Below, piece by piece: positions 62,558-64,000 of a stretch of DNA of 64,000 nt. Below the pieces are notes generated by a model that saw nothing but the letters and a program-made list of their open reading frames with translations, was not told where the DNA came from and made no database searches. The stretch is from contig DASUFO010000035.1 in the NCBI GenBank assembly GCA_036274475.1, forward strand, positions 6,655-70,654, read 5' to 3'. The number at the start of each line of letters is the position of its first letter. The stretch's first letter is position 1. A program made the position numbers and the translations under genes. This DNA comes from Candidatus Limnocylindrales bacterium (lineage in GTDB: Bacteria; Chloroflexota; Limnocylindria; Limnocylindrales; CSP1-4).

Positions 62558-63715
62558 ATGACCGTCGCGAGCCGTGCCGCACCGCCGGTCAGCCGCGCCG
62601 ACGTGGAGCGACTGGTCAGATTCGACGGCCGAGGCGCTCGCGTCCTCAGCGTCTACCTCGACATCCACCCGGAGCGGCAGGTCACGCGCTCCTATCGGAT
62701 CGTGCTCGAGGATCTCGCGAGGGCCGCCCGCGACCGGCTGGACGAACAGGCTCGCCTCGAGCTCGATGCGGAGGTCGCCAGGGTCCAGGCGTGGCTGGAG
62801 AAGGAGGAACCACCTCGCGCACGCGGACTGGCGATCTTCTCCTCATCGGCGACGGATCTGTGGGAAACCTATCGCCTGCCCGCGCCGGTTCCCGACCGCC
62901 TGTCGTTCGAGACCCACCCGGTCATCATCCCGCTGCTCAGCCTGATCGAGGACTACGAGCGCTACGTCGTCGCGCTCGTTGACAAGGAATCGGCCCGCCT
63001 GTTGACGGTCTTCGAGGGCCGGATCGAGTCGGTCGAGACGTTCAGCGACGACGTCCCGGCCAAGCACGATACGGGTGGCCCGGCCCAGGCGCGGCTGCAG
63101 CGGCACCACGAGGACCATGTGCTCAGGCACGTGAAGCGTGTCGTGCAGCGGCTGGCCGAGCGGCTGCGCGACGCCGAGTTCGACCGCCTCATCCTCGCCG
63201 GGCCCGAGGAGGCGACCACCGAGGTCCGGCATCACCTGCCCCATGAGCTGGCTCGTCGCCTCGTCGCCACAGTCCCGGCCGAGATGTTCGCCACCGATGA
63301 CGAGATCCTCCGGATCACGCTCGAGATCGAGCAGCGGGCCGAACGCGAGAGCGAGGACGCGATCGTCACGGCAGTGATTGATGCGTCGCGCTCGAACGGC
63401 CCGGGCGCCTGCGGGATGTTCTCAACGCTGGAGGCAGTCTGGCTGCGCCAGGTCCGGACCCTGGTCCTCGCCGATGGGCTCAGTGCGTCGGGCAGCGAGT
63501 GCCCAGTGGACGAGGGGCTGTACCCGGACCCGCCCGGGCCGTGCCCGATGTGCGGCGCCGAGACGGTCGCGGTCGCCGACATCGTCGACCGGGCCGCCCA
63601 GCTGACGATCGAACAGGACGGCGACGTCGAGATCGTCCACGAGCGGGCAGCGCAGCGGTTGCGCGATGCCTGCGACGGCATGGGCGCCGTCCTCCGCTTC
63701 CGGCTGCATGCCTGA
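62558..63715 (+). CDS. Archaeo-eukaryotic release factor (eRF1/Pelota/Vms1)-like protein, bacterial aeRF-type.
   Basis: ATG at 62558 (track start 62492 lies inside the hairpin). Sequence: [12 protein letters not shown]...GLAIFSS...LWETYRLP...[14 protein letters not shown], then the loop [24 protein letters not shown] where eRF1 carries GGQ. C-terminal domain with ECPVD...CPMCG. The overall pattern matches bacterial eRF1-like families as I remember them. Confidence 0.65.
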   Translation: MTVASRAAPPVSRADVERLVRFDGRGARVLSVYLDIHPERQVTRSYRIVLEDLARAARDRLDEQARLELDAEVARVQAWLEKEEPPRARGLAIFSSSATDLWETYRLPAPVPDRLSFETHPVIIPLLSLIEDYERYVVALVDKESARLLTVFEGRIESVETFSDDVPAKHDTGGPAQARLQRHHEDHVLRHVKRVVQRLAERLRDAEFDRLILAGPEEATTEVRHHLPHELARRLVATVPAEMFATDDEILRITLEIEQRAERESEDAIVTAVIDASRSNGPGACGMFSTLEAVWLRQVRTLVLADGLSASGSECPVDEGLYPDPPGPCPMCGAETVAVADIVDRAAQLTIEQDGDVEIVHERAAQRLRDACDGMGAVLRFRLHA

Positions 63716-64000
63716 TGGAATTCCAGGACTACTACGCCGTGCTAGGGGTGCCCAAGACCGCCACCGAGAAGCAGATCCGGACCGCCTACCGCAAGCTCGC
63801 GAGGCAGCACCATCCGGACGTCAATCCAGGGAACAAGGAGGCCGAGGAGCGCTTCAAGCAGATCAACGAGGCGTACGAGGTCCTGTCCGACCCCGACAAG
63901 CGCAAGAAGTACGACGAGGTGGGATCGCGCTGGCGCGAGTACGAGCAGTGGCAGCGGACCCAGGGCGCCGCCGGCGCGGCGCAGCCGTTCGAATGGGAAG
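63715..64000 (+). CDS. J-domain co-chaperone (DnaJ/CbpA-like); only the N-terminal 95 codons are in the window.
   Basis: Its ATG shares one nt with the previous TGA (TGATG). Sequence: [68 protein letters not shown] (HPD motif). The gene is truncated by the window edge. Confidence 0.9.
   Translation, partial: MEFQDYYAVLGVPKTATEKQIRTAYRKLARQHHPDVNPGNKEAEERFKQINEAYEVLSDPDKRKKYDEVGSRWREYEQWQRTQGAAGAAQPFEWE

Overview
High-GC window (roughly 70% G+C by inspection), densely coding, probably chromosomal. It comes from a monoderm-type high-GC bacterium (Actinomycetota- or Chloroflexota-like); the taxon cannot be fixed from sequence alone. GTG/TTG starts and 1-4 nt start/stop overlaps (GTGA, ATGA, TGATG) are common. 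The supplied ORF track often over-extends N-termini and lists long Arg-rich antisense ORFs that I reject. All family names come from motif recognition by eye and from memory; no searches were run.

Content from left to right:
(1) 1-8964: the edge of a contractile injection system (CIS/eCIS, phage-tail-like) locus. The minus strand carries sheath, tube, a tail-assembly-chaperone-like gene, an unlisted 52-codon ORF, a 658-aa Pro/Ala-rich protein in the tape-measure position, and a second tube-family gene cut by the window edge. Divergently on the plus strand are a DUF4255 cap protein, a dedicated AAA+ ATPase and a small DUF4157 HExxH protein in the payload slot.
(2) 9121-17572: an atypical orphan LuxR-type regulator and a tightly packed five-gene operon of single-pass membrane or secreted proteins. 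The first of these has a CisA-like topology.
(3) NDH-2, tryptophan 2,3-dioxygenase, a Zn-ADH and a 1946-aa secreted S8 protease.
(4) A co-directional envelope gene string: Trp/Gly-rich membrane protein, OmpR-type regulator, histidine kinase, M14 carboxypeptidase, DUF2330, cupredoxin, SRPBCC.
(5) UvrD2-like helicase, CAP-domain protein, a degenerate GGDEF/HD-GYP protein coupled to a cadherin-like surface protein, and a GH18 enzyme.
(6) dnaG (behind three tandem perfect hairpins), rpoD with a ~180-aa insertion, and tRNA-Asn.
(7) A stress island: hsp20-hspR, DoxX, a dienelactone hydrolase/PRTase pair, a Crp/Fnr regulator, Dps, HdeD and two gene remnants. It ends in an unusual chaperone operon: ClpP-fold SDH protease, grpE, dnaK, an eRF1-like release-factor homologue, and a J-protein.

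The best candidates for new biology are the CIS locus with its neighbouring envelope operon, and the release-factor homologue embedded in the Hsp70 operon.
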